64,000 nt of DNA. Origin: a virus. The first letter of the stretch is position 1; each line of letters opens with the position of its first letter. Location: IMG/VR virus record IMGVR_UViG_3300040801_004428, positions 1 to 64,000 of that record; one strand, written 5' to 3'. This document shows, one piece after another, positions 30,851 through 39,877 of the stretch. The position numbers and the translations under genes were made by a program. The notes below the pieces were generated by a model. The model searched no databases. It was not told where the DNA came from and saw nothing but the letters and a program-made list of their open reading frames with translations.

Positions 30851-31738
30851 ATGGATTATCGCCAAAAAGCAATTGATCTCATCACAACACGCTGGCAACG
30901 AGAGAATCTCATCAACCATGAGAATGAGATTGATGGCATTCTACGCTCAATTGTGGGACAACCTCCTCGGCCTGCTAACCGCAAACCGTTTGAAGGCCTG
31001 TATGGAATTCGTCCCATGGCAGAATACTACCGCCTGGCTTGGGGAACCATTAAAGCAAATTTGCCCCAAATCTCAGACGAAATTTTAGACTCACTCCTCC
31101 GTGTGTTGGTCAACCAACCGCCAAGGCCAGAAGGCGATGAACCATACATAGGCCTGTTTGGAAAACGACCGCCGGAGGAGGTACAACCTCTCCAGGTTAA
31201 GATCGATAAGAATGTACTACTCCAAGTGCCATATTACTCCCAACGGGATAATAAAAACCAACCATGGAGAGAGTGTTGTAGTAGCTCGGCCGCAATGGTA
31301 GCTGAAGCGCTAAAACCGGGATGTATTAACGGCTCTGATGATTTGTACGTATCAAAGTATGTAAACAAATATGGCGACACTACTAGCCATAGAGTGCATA
31401 CTCTCGCCCTCAAGGAGTTAGGTATTGACTCTCATTGGATCTACAATGGGGATTTTAGAGACATTGATGAGCAATTAGAAAAAGGTTATCCGGTAATGTT
31501 TGCGTACCTCCACCGAGGGTCGGACTCCCACCCCGTTGGTGGCCATTGCGCTGTGATCATCGGAAAGGAAAAAGACGGGTATAAGATCAACGACCCATGG
31601 GGTTCTTACGCGCCGGATTTCTACGACCCATACTGGGGCGCGGGGATTTACTACCCCAAATCGTTTTTCAAATCCCGGTGGTTGGTAAATCAACGTAAGT
31701 CAGGCTGGATGAGAGTAATAGACAATGTTAAAGTGTAA
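30851..31738 (+). CDS. peptidase C39-like (C39_2) cysteine peptidase, candidate endolysin
   Basis: ATG at 30851. ..VPYYSQRDNKNQPWRECCSSSAAM.. (Cys), ..GGHCAVIIG.. (His), ..INDPWG.. (Asp). The N-terminus holds two copies of a 26-aa QPPRP...GL(Y/F)G.RP repeat. Confidence 0.55.
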   Translation: MDYRQKAIDLITTRWQRENLINHENEIDGILRSIVGQPPRPANRKPFEGLYGIRPMAEYYRLAWGTIKANLPQISDEILDSLLRVLVNQPPRPEGDEPYIGLFGKRPPEEVQPLQVKIDKNVLLQVPYYSQRDNKNQPWRECCSSSAAMVAEALKPGCINGSDDLYVSKYVNKYGDTTSHRVHTLALKELGIDSHWIYNGDFRDIDEQLEKGYPVMFAYLHRGSDSHPVGGHCAVIIGKEKDGYKINDPWGSYAPDFYDPYWGAGIYYPKSFFKSRWLVNQRKSGWMRVIDNVKV

Positions 31739-32504
31739 AGGCAATACTAAGCTATGCAAAAAGAAATGCATCCCCCAATGGCAGGAATGTATCGAACCGG
31801 CTGAAAAACCAGCCCCATTAGAAGAACCCGATACATCTTCCTACGACCGATTGTTGGATGACTTCCGATTTTCTTTAGACCTCCGCAGGGATGTACTAAA
31901 ACGCGCGTTTAATACTCCCCTTGAGTCTTCTAAAATCGCAATGCAAAAGATCGAAGAGGGTAACACCTTCATTAGGAGACAAATCTCCCATAATGAGGTA
32001 AACTTCCGCCCTACTTTGAATGAATATGCCATATCGAGAATCAACCGAGCAATTGTAGAATCTTCAAACTCCGCCTGGCAAGCAGTGGAAAAGGCTGCAA
32101 ATATGCTTACCCACTCCCTTGTAGCCCTCCTATGGCAGGAGACAACCCACGAGAAAGTCTACTACCAACAAGTTGTAGCTTCCCTAAATAGACCTGCAGG
32201 CGGGGTTGGTAATACTCTATCAGAGATATGGAACAATGATCTTGACCTTTCTACGTTGAAGGAAACATACGTGAGGTATGTAAAAATAGGCAGAGAAAAC
32301 ATGCTTAGAGATCAAGAAAGCGAATCAGGCTCACCAACTAGGAATGCCATTCACTTTTTTGAAGACTTCAAAGGAGCTGTAACCTTCAGCCTTTCAGAAG
32401 CCTTAATTGGCACGGGGGTTGAATGGAAAGAACCATTTAGCAAAACGTTCCATCTATTCGCAACAATCTACGGAGAGCCAACTAACAGCAATGTCACAAA
32501 TTAA
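31725..32504 (+). CDS. hypothetical protein with N-terminal C-x6-C-x3-C-x6-C motif
   Basis: 259 aa, MLKCKGNTKLCKKKCIPQWQEC.. . Confidence 0.65.
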   Translation: MLKCKGNTKLCKKKCIPQWQECIEPAEKPAPLEEPDTSSYDRLLDDFRFSLDLRRDVLKRAFNTPLESSKIAMQKIEEGNTFIRRQISHNEVNFRPTLNEYAISRINRAIVESSNSAWQAVEKAANMLTHSLVALLWQETTHEKVYYQQVVASLNRPAGGVGNTLSEIWNNDLDLSTLKETYVRYVKIGRENMLRDQESESGSPTRNAIHFFEDFKGAVTFSLSEALIGTGVEWKEPFSKTFHLFATIYGEPTNSNVTN

Positions 32505-34185
32505 ATGCGGACCGGGCAACAAAGCATGCGGTAAGCGCTGCATTCCACAAAAGCATAAATGCGCACTCCGCGGTGAAAAAGACGCCGAGGAGATGAAGCC
32601 CGATAAGGCTAAAAAACAAGAAGATCCTAGAAAACAAAAGAAGGAAAAAGCCGCTCCTGAAGAAAAACCCGAGAAGAAAAAAGGCTCTAAGCTTAAAACC
32701 GCCGCTATTGTAGGCGCGTCTGTGCTTGGTGCTGCCGGTGTTGCGTTTGTCGCGGCGGGTGTTGCTACAGGGAAGGTTAAACTCCCTGGGCAGGATCAAG
32801 CAGTGTCGGCGTTTCAAACAACTAAGGGAGTTGTCACAGACCCTGAACAGCGCAAGGCTGCCATACAACAAGGTCGTCAGCAACTTTCCACGATGACTCA
32901 AACGGTTTCGGAACAAGCCTCCGCGCAGTACGGAAAGGTTTCTGAAGGGTTTAAAGGTATCCAAAAGGCTATACAAAACCCGGGTCAGACCATCAACGCA
33001 ACTTTTTCAAACTCCACGTTGGAAAACATGGGCCAGACTATAGCCCTCGGGTCTAAGTCCGCTTTAGAGGGAGTTTCTTCTTCTGTGAAAGGCTCCGCGA
33101 CTATTATGGCAGCGGCGGGTAAAGACTTATTCGAAAAAGCCGGCGCGGATATGAAAGCAGTGTCAGAAGCCACTACAAATAGCATTCGCGGCGCTGGGGA
33201 TGACATGAAGCAGTATTGGGCAACTATGAAAGATGCCTCACCTTCAGAAATGAAGGCTGCTACTCTAGACCTCGCCGGTAAATACATGGAAGGCGGTCGC
33301 GAAGGTGCAAAAGCTTTCATGCAAGGAGCCGGCGCAAGTGCTAAAGGTGCTGGAGAGACGCTAGGCGCGGCAGGCTCTCTAATCAAAGGTGAAATGGCAG
33401 CCGGAGCTCAAAAGGTCGGAGAATCCGCAGCTTTCATGAAAGAAGGCCTATCATCCTACGCCCCTGAACTCAAAGACCAAGTAGTTGGCGCAGCCCAAGG
33501 TGCTAAAGACATGGCAGGCAATGCAGTCCAAGGTGCCAAAAACATGGCGGGCAATGCTGTCCAAGGCGCACAAAACGCCGCGGGTAGTGCCGTCCAAGGG
33601 GTTAAAGACGCCGCCGGTGCAACAGTCTCCGAAGCGCAACGCGTTGGAGGAGAACTCGGCGCATTTGCAAAAGACGTCGGTGCGGCGGGGCAAGCTATAG
33701 GTGATGCGACCAATCAGGCTGCGCGTCAAGCTGGCGCTGCAGTGACACGAGCCGGCACAGATGTGGCTAGCAGAACTGGTGCGTCGTTTGAAAACGCGGC
33801 GGGGAATATTGCCAGCAGTGCGGAGCAAAACATGCAGGCGGTAGACATTGCCAGAGAAGAGTTGGGGAATAATATCCGCGGTGCTTTGGATGCTCCTGAT
33901 GCTGCAGCTTCTGAAAAGTTGGTCAGCCAAGCGAATGACCTCTACGGTAATGCGCAAGCTGAGGCTGGAAAAAACATCGTGAATACAGCCACCGAGAATG
34001 CCAAAGCATTTATGGGTGATTTCAAAGGTGCCGTTGAGGATAACATGACGGAGATGGTGCAAAAACTAACGGGCGCTGGTCAAACTTGGCAAACGGCCGT
34101 GGCATCCGCTTTTGGATCCCTAAATTCAATGCACGGCGACGGAGCTAGTGGCATTGGTGGGGAAATTGATGATCCTTGGGATTAA
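32491..34185 (+). CDS. membrane-anchored Ala/Gly-rich repeat protein with N-terminal C-x6-C-x3-C-x6-C motif
   Basis: ATG at 32491 (MSQIKCGPGNKACGKRCIPQKHKC..), a Lys/Glu-rich linker, a hydrophobic segment AAIVGASVLGAAGVAFVAAGVATG, then 11-residue amphipathic repeats. Confidence 0.65.
   Translation: MSQIKCGPGNKACGKRCIPQKHKCALRGEKDAEEMKPDKAKKQEDPRKQKKEKAAPEEKPEKKKGSKLKTAAIVGASVLGAAGVAFVAAGVATGKVKLPGQDQAVSAFQTTKGVVTDPEQRKAAIQQGRQQLSTMTQTVSEQASAQYGKVSEGFKGIQKAIQNPGQTINATFSNSTLENMGQTIALGSKSALEGVSSSVKGSATIMAAAGKDLFEKAGADMKAVSEATTNSIRGAGDDMKQYWATMKDASPSEMKAATLDLAGKYMEGGREGAKAFMQGAGASAKGAGETLGAAGSLIKGEMAAGAQKVGESAAFMKEGLSSYAPELKDQVVGAAQGAKDMAGNAVQGAKNMAGNAVQGAQNAAGSAVQGVKDAAGATVSEAQRVGGELGAFAKDVGAAGQAIGDATNQAARQAGAAVTRAGTDVASRTGASFENAAGNIASSAEQNMQAVDIAREELGNNIRGALDAPDAAASEKLVSQANDLYGNAQAEAGKNIVNTATENAKAFMGDFKGAVEDNMTEMVQKLTGAGQTWQTAVASAFGSLNSMHGDGASGIGGEIDDPWD
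33490..33621 (+). repeat. four tandem 33-nt (11-codon) repeats within the CDS
   Basis: Encodes AAQGAKDMAGN / AVQGAKNMAGN / AVQGAQNAAGS / AVQGVKDAAGA. Confidence 0.8.
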
Positions 34186-35937
34186 TCACGTACAACATAG
34201 TGGCTCAAAGAACAGACCAGGATCTCCGGTTTCTTTATACCGGCTCTTGATCTGTTTTGCCATGCGAGCAGCTGAGTTTGGATTATCTTTAGTTGCTCGG
34301 CTGGGATGGCCGAGGTCAATTAGATGTTGTTTCAGCTGCTTGTCGTTAAACAAGCCGAGTTTACCAACCTCAATTAGTTGCTTAAAACTTGCGGCTATAT
34401 CGGACCCTTTGTAGTTGCGCCGCCAGTAGTTATACCACAGGGAGGTAATTCCCGCCTCTGCGGCTTGCTCTTTGTGAGGATCCGTCTGCCGTTTCTTAGT
34501 TTGAGCTTTCTTAGCCGGTGGGGTGTAATCATCCACTGGGAGGATTTCAACCGAGTTGATGGTTAGAGCCTGAAGTTCGGATCTATAATAGTTGCGCGTG
34601 TCATTGTAGCGATCATTCCATAGGTCGTGTTCTCCCCGGGTGGTTTCAATATCCCGTTCGACTTTGCCCTTATCGGATTTTGTAATCCGTTTGATTGATT
34701 GCTTCATAAGCCAGGGCAAATGTTCTGGATATGGCACAATTTTGGCCAGTTCCTCTTCGGGTAGGTCTGTAACCTGGGTCGAATGCTCTCGCGCGTATTT
34801 CAACAACAGAAGTTGGTGCAATTTAATTTGTGTGTCCGCGCGGCGGTTGTATGCAAATTTGCGCAAATAATCGAGGGTAGTTTCCACATAGTAGGTTAGG
34901 TAGTCTCCCTCATTTGTGAATTCAATTGGGCGTGAGGTCTTTGGATCATAGTATTTGAACTTTTCAACGGTGGTTTTGCGCAAGCCCGCGGTATAGAGTA
35001 AGGGTAAGACATCCTTTTCAGTTCTTCCCCGCTTAAGTTGAATCTTAATATGGATTCCAATCTTACCTGATGACAGGTCTTGAACGGATTTGATAGGCAC
35101 ATTGGTGGCCTTCTTCAACTTCTTGACCTTATCGGCCAAGTTTGTGCAGAATTTTGCAGCTGACACATTGGGCGGCAGCGATCGGATGTTGATTACAGAC
35201 CCGTTGGTGTTCCACTCACCGGTGACCACATACGACAATTCGTCTTTCTGCGCAATGCGCCCACCCGTCGGTGGAGTTGGTACCATGCGGTCGGCCGTCC
35301 GACCACGGAGAATTTCCAAAATTTGGTCTTTCAACTGCTGTGGTGTGCGCGCCATAGTTGTATGACTATAGCCAACCGCAATGCCGGTCATGTTCCACAG
35401 TAGGGATAGGGGTAACAGACTGGGTAGATACGTCGGTTCGTAACCTTGCCCGTCGTAGGTTGGCACCATTTGGAGTAATTCCTTATCGATGTAAGGTTTC
35501 ACCATTTGGAACAACAAGTCTGATCCACGGACCTCGGTGTATCGTTCTGCGGCTGGTGGATCCTCACTGATGAGTGCTACGTACTCGCTTCCTTCGGGCG
35601 CTGTGTACATCCACGGGCCATTACCATGCCCGGTGATCATTGGCGCGTGGGAGTTTGACCGATCTGCGAGGTAGCACACTGATCCGTATGAGCCACTATG
35701 TGGGTGGATAGCCATCACCTGGCCTACCAACTTTGCGGATTTCATCAACTTATTGATGTTCTGCGACAAGATTGTCCACAAAATGCGTCGGTAGACTTCC
35801 GATAGTCCGTCGTCCGATGATGGCAAGGCTCTCGACATGACAGAAATCGCATACTCAAAGTATGAATCCTGCATTTCTTTGATTAAAGGTGTGGTTACGA
35901 TCTCACTCGCCTTTCCTATCGTCTGGCGGTTCGTCAT
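34186..35937 (-). CDS. type II topoisomerase A-subunit homologue (GyrA/ParC/T4 gp52-like)
   Basis: ..EYAISVMSRALPSSDDGLSEVYRRILW.. , ..AIHPHSGSYG.. , ..AAERYTEVR.. (active-site Tyr context). Confidence 0.75.
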   Translation of the reverse strand: MTNRQTIGKASEIVTTPLIKEMQDSYFEYAISVMSRALPSSDDGLSEVYRRILWTILSQNINKLMKSAKLVGQVMAIHPHSGSYGSVCYLADRSNSHAPMITGHGNGPWMYTAPEGSEYVALISEDPPAAERYTEVRGSDLLFQMVKPYIDKELLQMVPTYDGQGYEPTYLPSLLPLSLLWNMTGIAVGYSHTTMARTPQQLKDQILEILRGRTADRMVPTPPTGGRIAQKDELSYVVTGEWNTNGSVINIRSLPPNVSAAKFCTNLADKVKKLKKATNVPIKSVQDLSSGKIGIHIKIQLKRGRTEKDVLPLLYTAGLRKTTVEKFKYYDPKTSRPIEFTNEGDYLTYYVETTLDYLRKFAYNRRADTQIKLHQLLLLKYAREHSTQVTDLPEEELAKIVPYPEHLPWLMKQSIKRITKSDKGKVERDIETTRGEHDLWNDRYNDTRNYYRSELQALTINSVEILPVDDYTPPAKKAQTKKRQTDPHKEQAAEAGITSLWYNYWRRNYKGSDIAASFKQLIEVGKLGLFNDKQLKQHLIDLGHPSRATKDNPNSAARMAKQIKSRYKETGDPGLFFEPLCCT

Positions 35938-36355
35938 AGTTTCCTTCCTCCATTAGTATTTTTTCTAACGTTTCGTGGATAAACGCCACGTCGGATTTAT
36001 TCAACCCTGGAGGTGTAAAAGCAACCGTGGCTTTCCAAGCAAGTTTTTTCTTATTAAGAAGGTCGCTCGCGTGGAGGAAGTAGGCCGCTTGTGAGGGCGC
36101 CCACTCAGGGTGTGAGATAATCAACTTGAATCCATCATACAAGGAGTCGTAATGCTCTTCGACCAGCTGATTAGCTTCTGTCACCCTATCAGTGATGTCG
36201 GCCCCAAAGGTGCTGAAAAAATAATGGAGGAGAGTTACTAGGAATTTTACATACTCCGTTCGACCAGACCGCACGAAGGCTTCTAACTCTATGTGAGTAT
36301 TCAAACCATGCAATCTGGACGCCCAGGTTTTATATCTATGAGATTGGTCTAACAT
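35903..36355 (-). CDS. hypothetical protein
   Basis: Start taken at the ATG at 36355, overlapping the upstream stop. Confidence 0.55.
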   Translation of the reverse strand: MLDQSHRYKTWASRLHGLNTHIELEAFVRSGRTEYVKFLVTLLHYFFSTFGADITDRVTEANQLVEEHYDSLYDGFKLIISHPEWAPSQAAYFLHASDLLNKKKLAWKATVAFTPPGLNKSDVAFIHETLEKILMEEGNYDEPPDDRKGE

Positions 36356-36603
36356 GGTAGTACATCCACAATGAGGGTTGGGTACACGCCCGTGTGACAT
36401 CCGCCGGATTTTGGATTATTTAGGATCTTAATCGGCTTGCCAAATCTACCTGGTAGGTTTCTATCCAAATAGAGGTTGCGCGGAATGGGGTATAACATAT
36501 CCGCAGTGGCAATTCCAACAGGTAGAGCTCCCTCCCTGAGGTAGCAAACTCCAACTGCTCCGGGCAATGTTTTTAGTAACGAAAGTGTTCGGGTATTAAT
36601 CAT
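36349..36603 (-). CDS. hypothetical protein
   Basis: Start taken at the ATG at 36603 (ATGATTAA overlap with the upstream stop). Confidence 0.5.
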   Translation of the reverse strand: MINTRTLSLLKTLPGAVGVCYLREGALPVGIATADMLYPIPRNLYLDRNLPGRFGKPIKILNNPKSGGCHTGVYPTLIVDVLPC

Positions 36604-37210
36604 TTTGGTAGTAATCTTCAATTGGATTGGACAACTCTAGGGCTATCACCCTCACTGTGTTGGGGTTTGCATTGCCGTAGCCACGCACATACCCAACAAG
36701 CAGTGAACCGGCAGTGATTGGGCAGTAAGTACTGCTTCCATTGCCGGTTGTGCATTGATGGAGAGCGAGGTCCAAGTAGACGTTAATAAACTCAGAGGTT
36801 ATTGATGAACTTCTTCGGCCTTCTCCTGGTATGATTCTACCATAAACTAGGGAAGAACTAATAGAGGGGTTCTTAGAAAGGTCGAATAACCACACCTGGA
36901 TGTCATCCCTAGGAAAGTTGTACTCTGAAATTATATCGCTAATCTCTTCTTCATCTATCGTAATCTCTAGCCTCAACGCGCGCAGTTGTTCTTGTCTACT
37001 TTCGGCTTTAGTTACAATGAATTCAAAATTCTGAACGAAGGTAAATATAAGCGCAGCAAAAATTGCCACCACGCTATACATAGCCGCCTTGGACCAGGAC
37101 AGACTACTTAGGAGTCTATAAATTAGGGCAGCAATTGTCTCCGGCTGCTCTTCGGCTTGTGTAGGTCTTCGCAGCTGGTCGTTAAGTTGCTTGTGGGGAT
37201 TCTGATCCAT
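36596..37210 (-). CDS. membrane protein
   Basis: 204 aa with a hydrophobic segment (AAMYSVVAIFAALIFTFV). Confidence 0.6.
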   Translation of the reverse strand: MDQNPHKQLNDQLRRPTQAEEQPETIAALIYRLLSSLSWSKAAMYSVVAIFAALIFTFVQNFEFIVTKAESRQEQLRALRLEITIDEEEISDIISEYNFPRDDIQVWLFDLSKNPSISSSLVYGRIIPGEGRRSSSITSEFINVYLDLALHQCTTGNGSSTYCPITAGSLLVGYVRGYGNANPNTVRVIALELSNPIEDYYQND

Positions 37211-37538
37211 ACAGCAGTTCTGAGTTATCTAAGAGGTCATCAAGCTGCTCGGGGGTAAACGCAGCGCTGCTTTGGGGAGGAGCAGGTAGTATTACCTCTT
37301 CGGTTTTAGCGGGCTTGCTGTATTTCAACTCTAGGAGGTTTATTTCATATTCGAGGATTGCCAATGCGCGATCATACACATCGGGGTACGTCTCTTTTAG
37401 GGAGTTTAACCACGGCGCGGAGTATGTTTCTTTGCAGAAGTCTTCAAATGTGTCTAGTTCCACATAGGTTTTTTTCAAATGCCGTTCGTTTGAAAAAATT
37501 TTGTGCAGTCTGCGAAAGGTGGGTAGGGATCTCTTCAT
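37182..37538 (-). CDS. hypothetical protein
   Basis: 118-aa ORF, first gene of the leftward unit that starts at the divergent promoter pair. Confidence 0.6.
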   Translation of the reverse strand: MKRSLPTFRRLHKIFSNERHLKKTYVELDTFEDFCKETYSAPWLNSLKETYPDVYDRALAILEYEINLLELKYSKPAKTEEVILPAPPQSSAAFTPEQLDDLLDNSELLYGSESPQAT

Positions 37539-37554
37539 GGTTAAGTGTCTATTA

Positions 37555-37574
37555 TGCTATAATGATTATATCAG
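37555..37574. promoter_or_regulatory. back-to-back divergent extended -10 boxes
   Basis: Plus strand TGCTATAAT (37555..37563) and minus strand TGATATAAT (37574..37566). The two hexamers are 1 bp apart. Confidence 0.55.
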
Positions 37575-37599
37575 AAAAAAGTGATTAGAGGAAACTTGT

Positions 37600-38421
37600 G
37601 TGAGTAACAAAGACTTGCGTGTAAAGAGAGATCAGTTGAAAATCCTCCGAGATGAGAATTTCCAATTCGGATCTTACTACCTATTACCCAGTGGAGACCC
37701 TGGGCAATACATTGCCATTGAGGGTCTTAGTCCCTCGCGGGCAAGTCGGGTTTTAGATGAGTTTGACCCGCATTGGTACCATCTTTCAATCGTCAACAAA
37801 CTAAAAGACTCATTTATGGAAGCGTATCCGCAAATTGGACCTGAGTTTGTTGAAGATCTAGCTCCAGAAATTGCCCAGAGGTTGAACAAAGTCGCCCAAG
37901 ATAAGGGCAAGCGAGTGCATGAAGCTCTAGAAGAGCCGGAGCAAATGTACATGTTGGATGAAATGGAGACCTTAGTCTACCAGCAGATTCTAAAAGCACT
38001 GAATAAGCTAAACATTGAAGAGTTCATCTACCCAGAACTGTTTATGTTCGGGCATCTAAACACCCAAGATGGGAAGAACAAGATCCCAATCATCTGCTTT
38101 GCTGACTTGGTCACAAAAGATTTGGATGGCAACTGGCGACTAATTGACTTCAAAACCAAGATGAAGTACAATTGTGCAAAACCATCAAAGGAAAACTACC
38201 TCATTCAGGCGTTATTCAACGCTGTTTGTTTTAAGAACCTGTTTGGAGTTTCACTACCGAAGGGTATGGACTTCATTGTAGGAACTCCAGAAAAGTACTG
38301 GATCTTCAACTTCACAATTGAAGAACTGCAAGAATTTGCAACAAAATCAGGAGTAATTCGCAAAATTGAAGAACAATTTACGCCAGAATATGCAGATGCA
38401 GTATCAAATCTGCTTGGATAG
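37600..38421 (+). CDS. PD-(D/E)xK (RecB-like) nuclease
   Basis: GTG start after AGAGGAAA. ..CFADLVTKDLDGNWRLIDFKTK.. followed by ..YLIQALFNAV.. (D ... D/E-x-K ... Q pattern). Confidence 0.55.
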   Translation: MSNKDLRVKRDQLKILRDENFQFGSYYLLPSGDPGQYIAIEGLSPSRASRVLDEFDPHWYHLSIVNKLKDSFMEAYPQIGPEFVEDLAPEIAQRLNKVAQDKGKRVHEALEEPEQMYMLDEMETLVYQQILKALNKLNIEEFIYPELFMFGHLNTQDGKNKIPIICFADLVTKDLDGNWRLIDFKTKMKYNCAKPSKENYLIQALFNAVCFKNLFGVSLPKGMDFIVGTPEKYWIFNFTIEELQEFATKSGVIRKIEEQFTPEYADAVSNLLG

Positions 38422-39370
38422 TATTGCGTACAAATCCAAGCCAAGCTCAAAGACGGATGTGATAACCAACTCCGGTTATGTAACATCCCAAATTGCCCAA
38501 CTATCCGCAAGGATAACGAACAAAACAGTTTCCATTGGCCAACATGAACTCGAACTAGCAATTGCGCAAGGTAAGACATTTACCCTCGGCCAGTTTGGAG
38601 TTTGCCCAACGGCGAAGAGACCGCGTAGGGTGATTGACCTCTTGGAGGTTTTATCAATCATTACGGTGGACTTCGATAATGGCAAACACGAGTTGAGGGA
38701 AATCATTGATTCGGGACTATTTGGCACGGTGTATACCACTTTTAGTAGTACGGCTCTCGAGCCTAAATACAGAGCGATTGGATACCTCCGAGAGCCTATA
38801 TACAACACCGAATCAGCAATCAGACTGTGCAAAGCCGCCTATGCGCAATTCCCCCACGCAGATGCAATCTGCGCTGATGTGACTAGGCTCAACTTTGGTG
38901 GGAGGGAAATCCTCCACTCTGATTCGACCAAAATAGAACCAGAAACAGTCATGGATTTAGTTTCCTCCCAACCGCAGGTTAAATGGAAGTCGGGCAAAGT
39001 GCCAGATATCGACTTTCCGGATTTAACCGACGCCCAACAGCAAAGACTGATTAAGTCAGTCCCACCAAGGGCGCGAAACTACACGGTGGCTGCCTTGCAT
39101 GGGATTGTAAACGAAGTGGTACAATATGACCATAAGATGAAATCCCGATATCAAACTGTCTGGTATGCAGCAATGCAAATTGGTAAACTCACCATCATTG
39201 CGCCAAACATAGCAAGGAAGCTCATCACAGCGGCGATTGAACAAAACCCAGTGTTCGCCGACTGGGACAAAGACCCCGAGTGGGTCATCGACATGGGCTA
39301 TGCCTACGGTCGGAAAGTAATAGACGCAGAACTTATGGAGGATTTGGGAATTGATCTACAGAATGATTGA
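38366..39370 (+). CDS. possible archaeo-eukaryotic-type primase (VirE_N/Prim-Pol-like); start uncertain
   Basis: ..LSIITVDFDNGKHEL.. (DxD-like) and ..TTFSST..PKYRAIGYL.. . TTG at 38366 or ATG at 38390. A weak call made by eye. Confidence 0.3.
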   Translation: MKNNLRQNMQMQYQICLDSIAYKSKPSSKTDVITNSGYVTSQIAQLSARITNKTVSIGQHELELAIAQGKTFTLGQFGVCPTAKRPRRVIDLLEVLSIITVDFDNGKHELREIIDSGLFGTVYTTFSSTALEPKYRAIGYLREPIYNTESAIRLCKAAYAQFPHADAICADVTRLNFGGREILHSDSTKIEPETVMDLVSSQPQVKWKSGKVPDIDFPDLTDAQQQRLIKSVPPRARNYTVAALHGIVNEVVQYDHKMKSRYQTVWYAAMQIGKLTIIAPNIARKLITAAIEQNPVFADWDKDPEWVIDMGYAYGRKVIDAELMEDLGIDLQND

Positions 39371-39863
39371 ACTAGGTGGATGGTGGTCTGATCGGTTGAC
39401 GGATGCCAATGGAGTAATTTGGAAAGCGTTATTAGGTATCAAAGTGGAACAACCAACATCGGAGGTATTTACCCCCACAATGTACGACACTATTAGTGAA
39501 TACCAATCACTGCACAATGACGGTGTCAGACTACAAGACACAGACTACCACCCGAAAGAAATCCAAGAAGCGATTTTCTTCATCATGGAAGAACTCCACG
39601 AAGCAGCACAAGAACTGCCCGATAATCGCAAACCATGGAAAGATGCCTTAGAAGGCTGGTCCGACTGGTTTGAAACCAACGAACAAGCATTCATGGAAGA
39701 AATGATCGACGTGATGTTTATGATCTATAGACTATTCCTAATGATGGGTTGGACCCCTGAACAGGTCAACCAAGCATTTGAGAACAAGCTCAATAAGAAC
39801 ATGAAACGACCCGATCACCGCTTTGTTGCACGTGAATTAGGGGGTAATACTCTTAAACAATAG
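39351..39863 (+). CDS. mazG: MazG-like all-alpha NTP pyrophosphohydrolase
   Basis: ..FFIMEELHEAAQEL.. (E-E-x-x-E) and ..FMEEMIDVMFM.. (E-x-x-D), then ..KLNKNMKR.. . TTG start with GGAGGA 8 nt upstream (alternative ATG at 39363). Confidence 0.65.
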   Translation: MIYRMIELGGWWSDRLTDANGVIWKALLGIKVEQPTSEVFTPTMYDTISEYQSLHNDGVRLQDTDYHPKEIQEAIFFIMEELHEAAQELPDNRKPWKDALEGWSDWFETNEQAFMEEMIDVMFMIYRLFLMMGWTPEQVNQAFENKLNKNMKRPDHRFVARELGGNTLKQ

Positions 39864-39877
39864 AGACTTTTTGAAAT

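Noticed and set aside
32494-34062. Three long minus-strand ORFs (32494..32976, 32985..33386, 33451..34062) and short alternative-frame ORFs inside the Ala/Gly-rich repeat gene
   Set aside because: They are antisense or alternative frames of a GC-rich, GCN/GGN-repeat coding region, which suppresses stop codons on the opposite strand. Their products are low-complexity (Ala/Pro/Ser/Cys-rich), and they have no SD or upstream element.
34186-34215. TGTTGTACGTGATTAA on the minus strand at the very end of the topoisomerase gene, as another promoter-element copy
   Set aside because: It matches only the TGTACGTGA core, has no A-tract, and is followed on that strand only by the antisense of the 32491..34185 gene. 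It is most simply the C-terminal codons (..CCT-stop) of the topoisomerase gene. Antisense promoter activity is not excluded but is unsupported.
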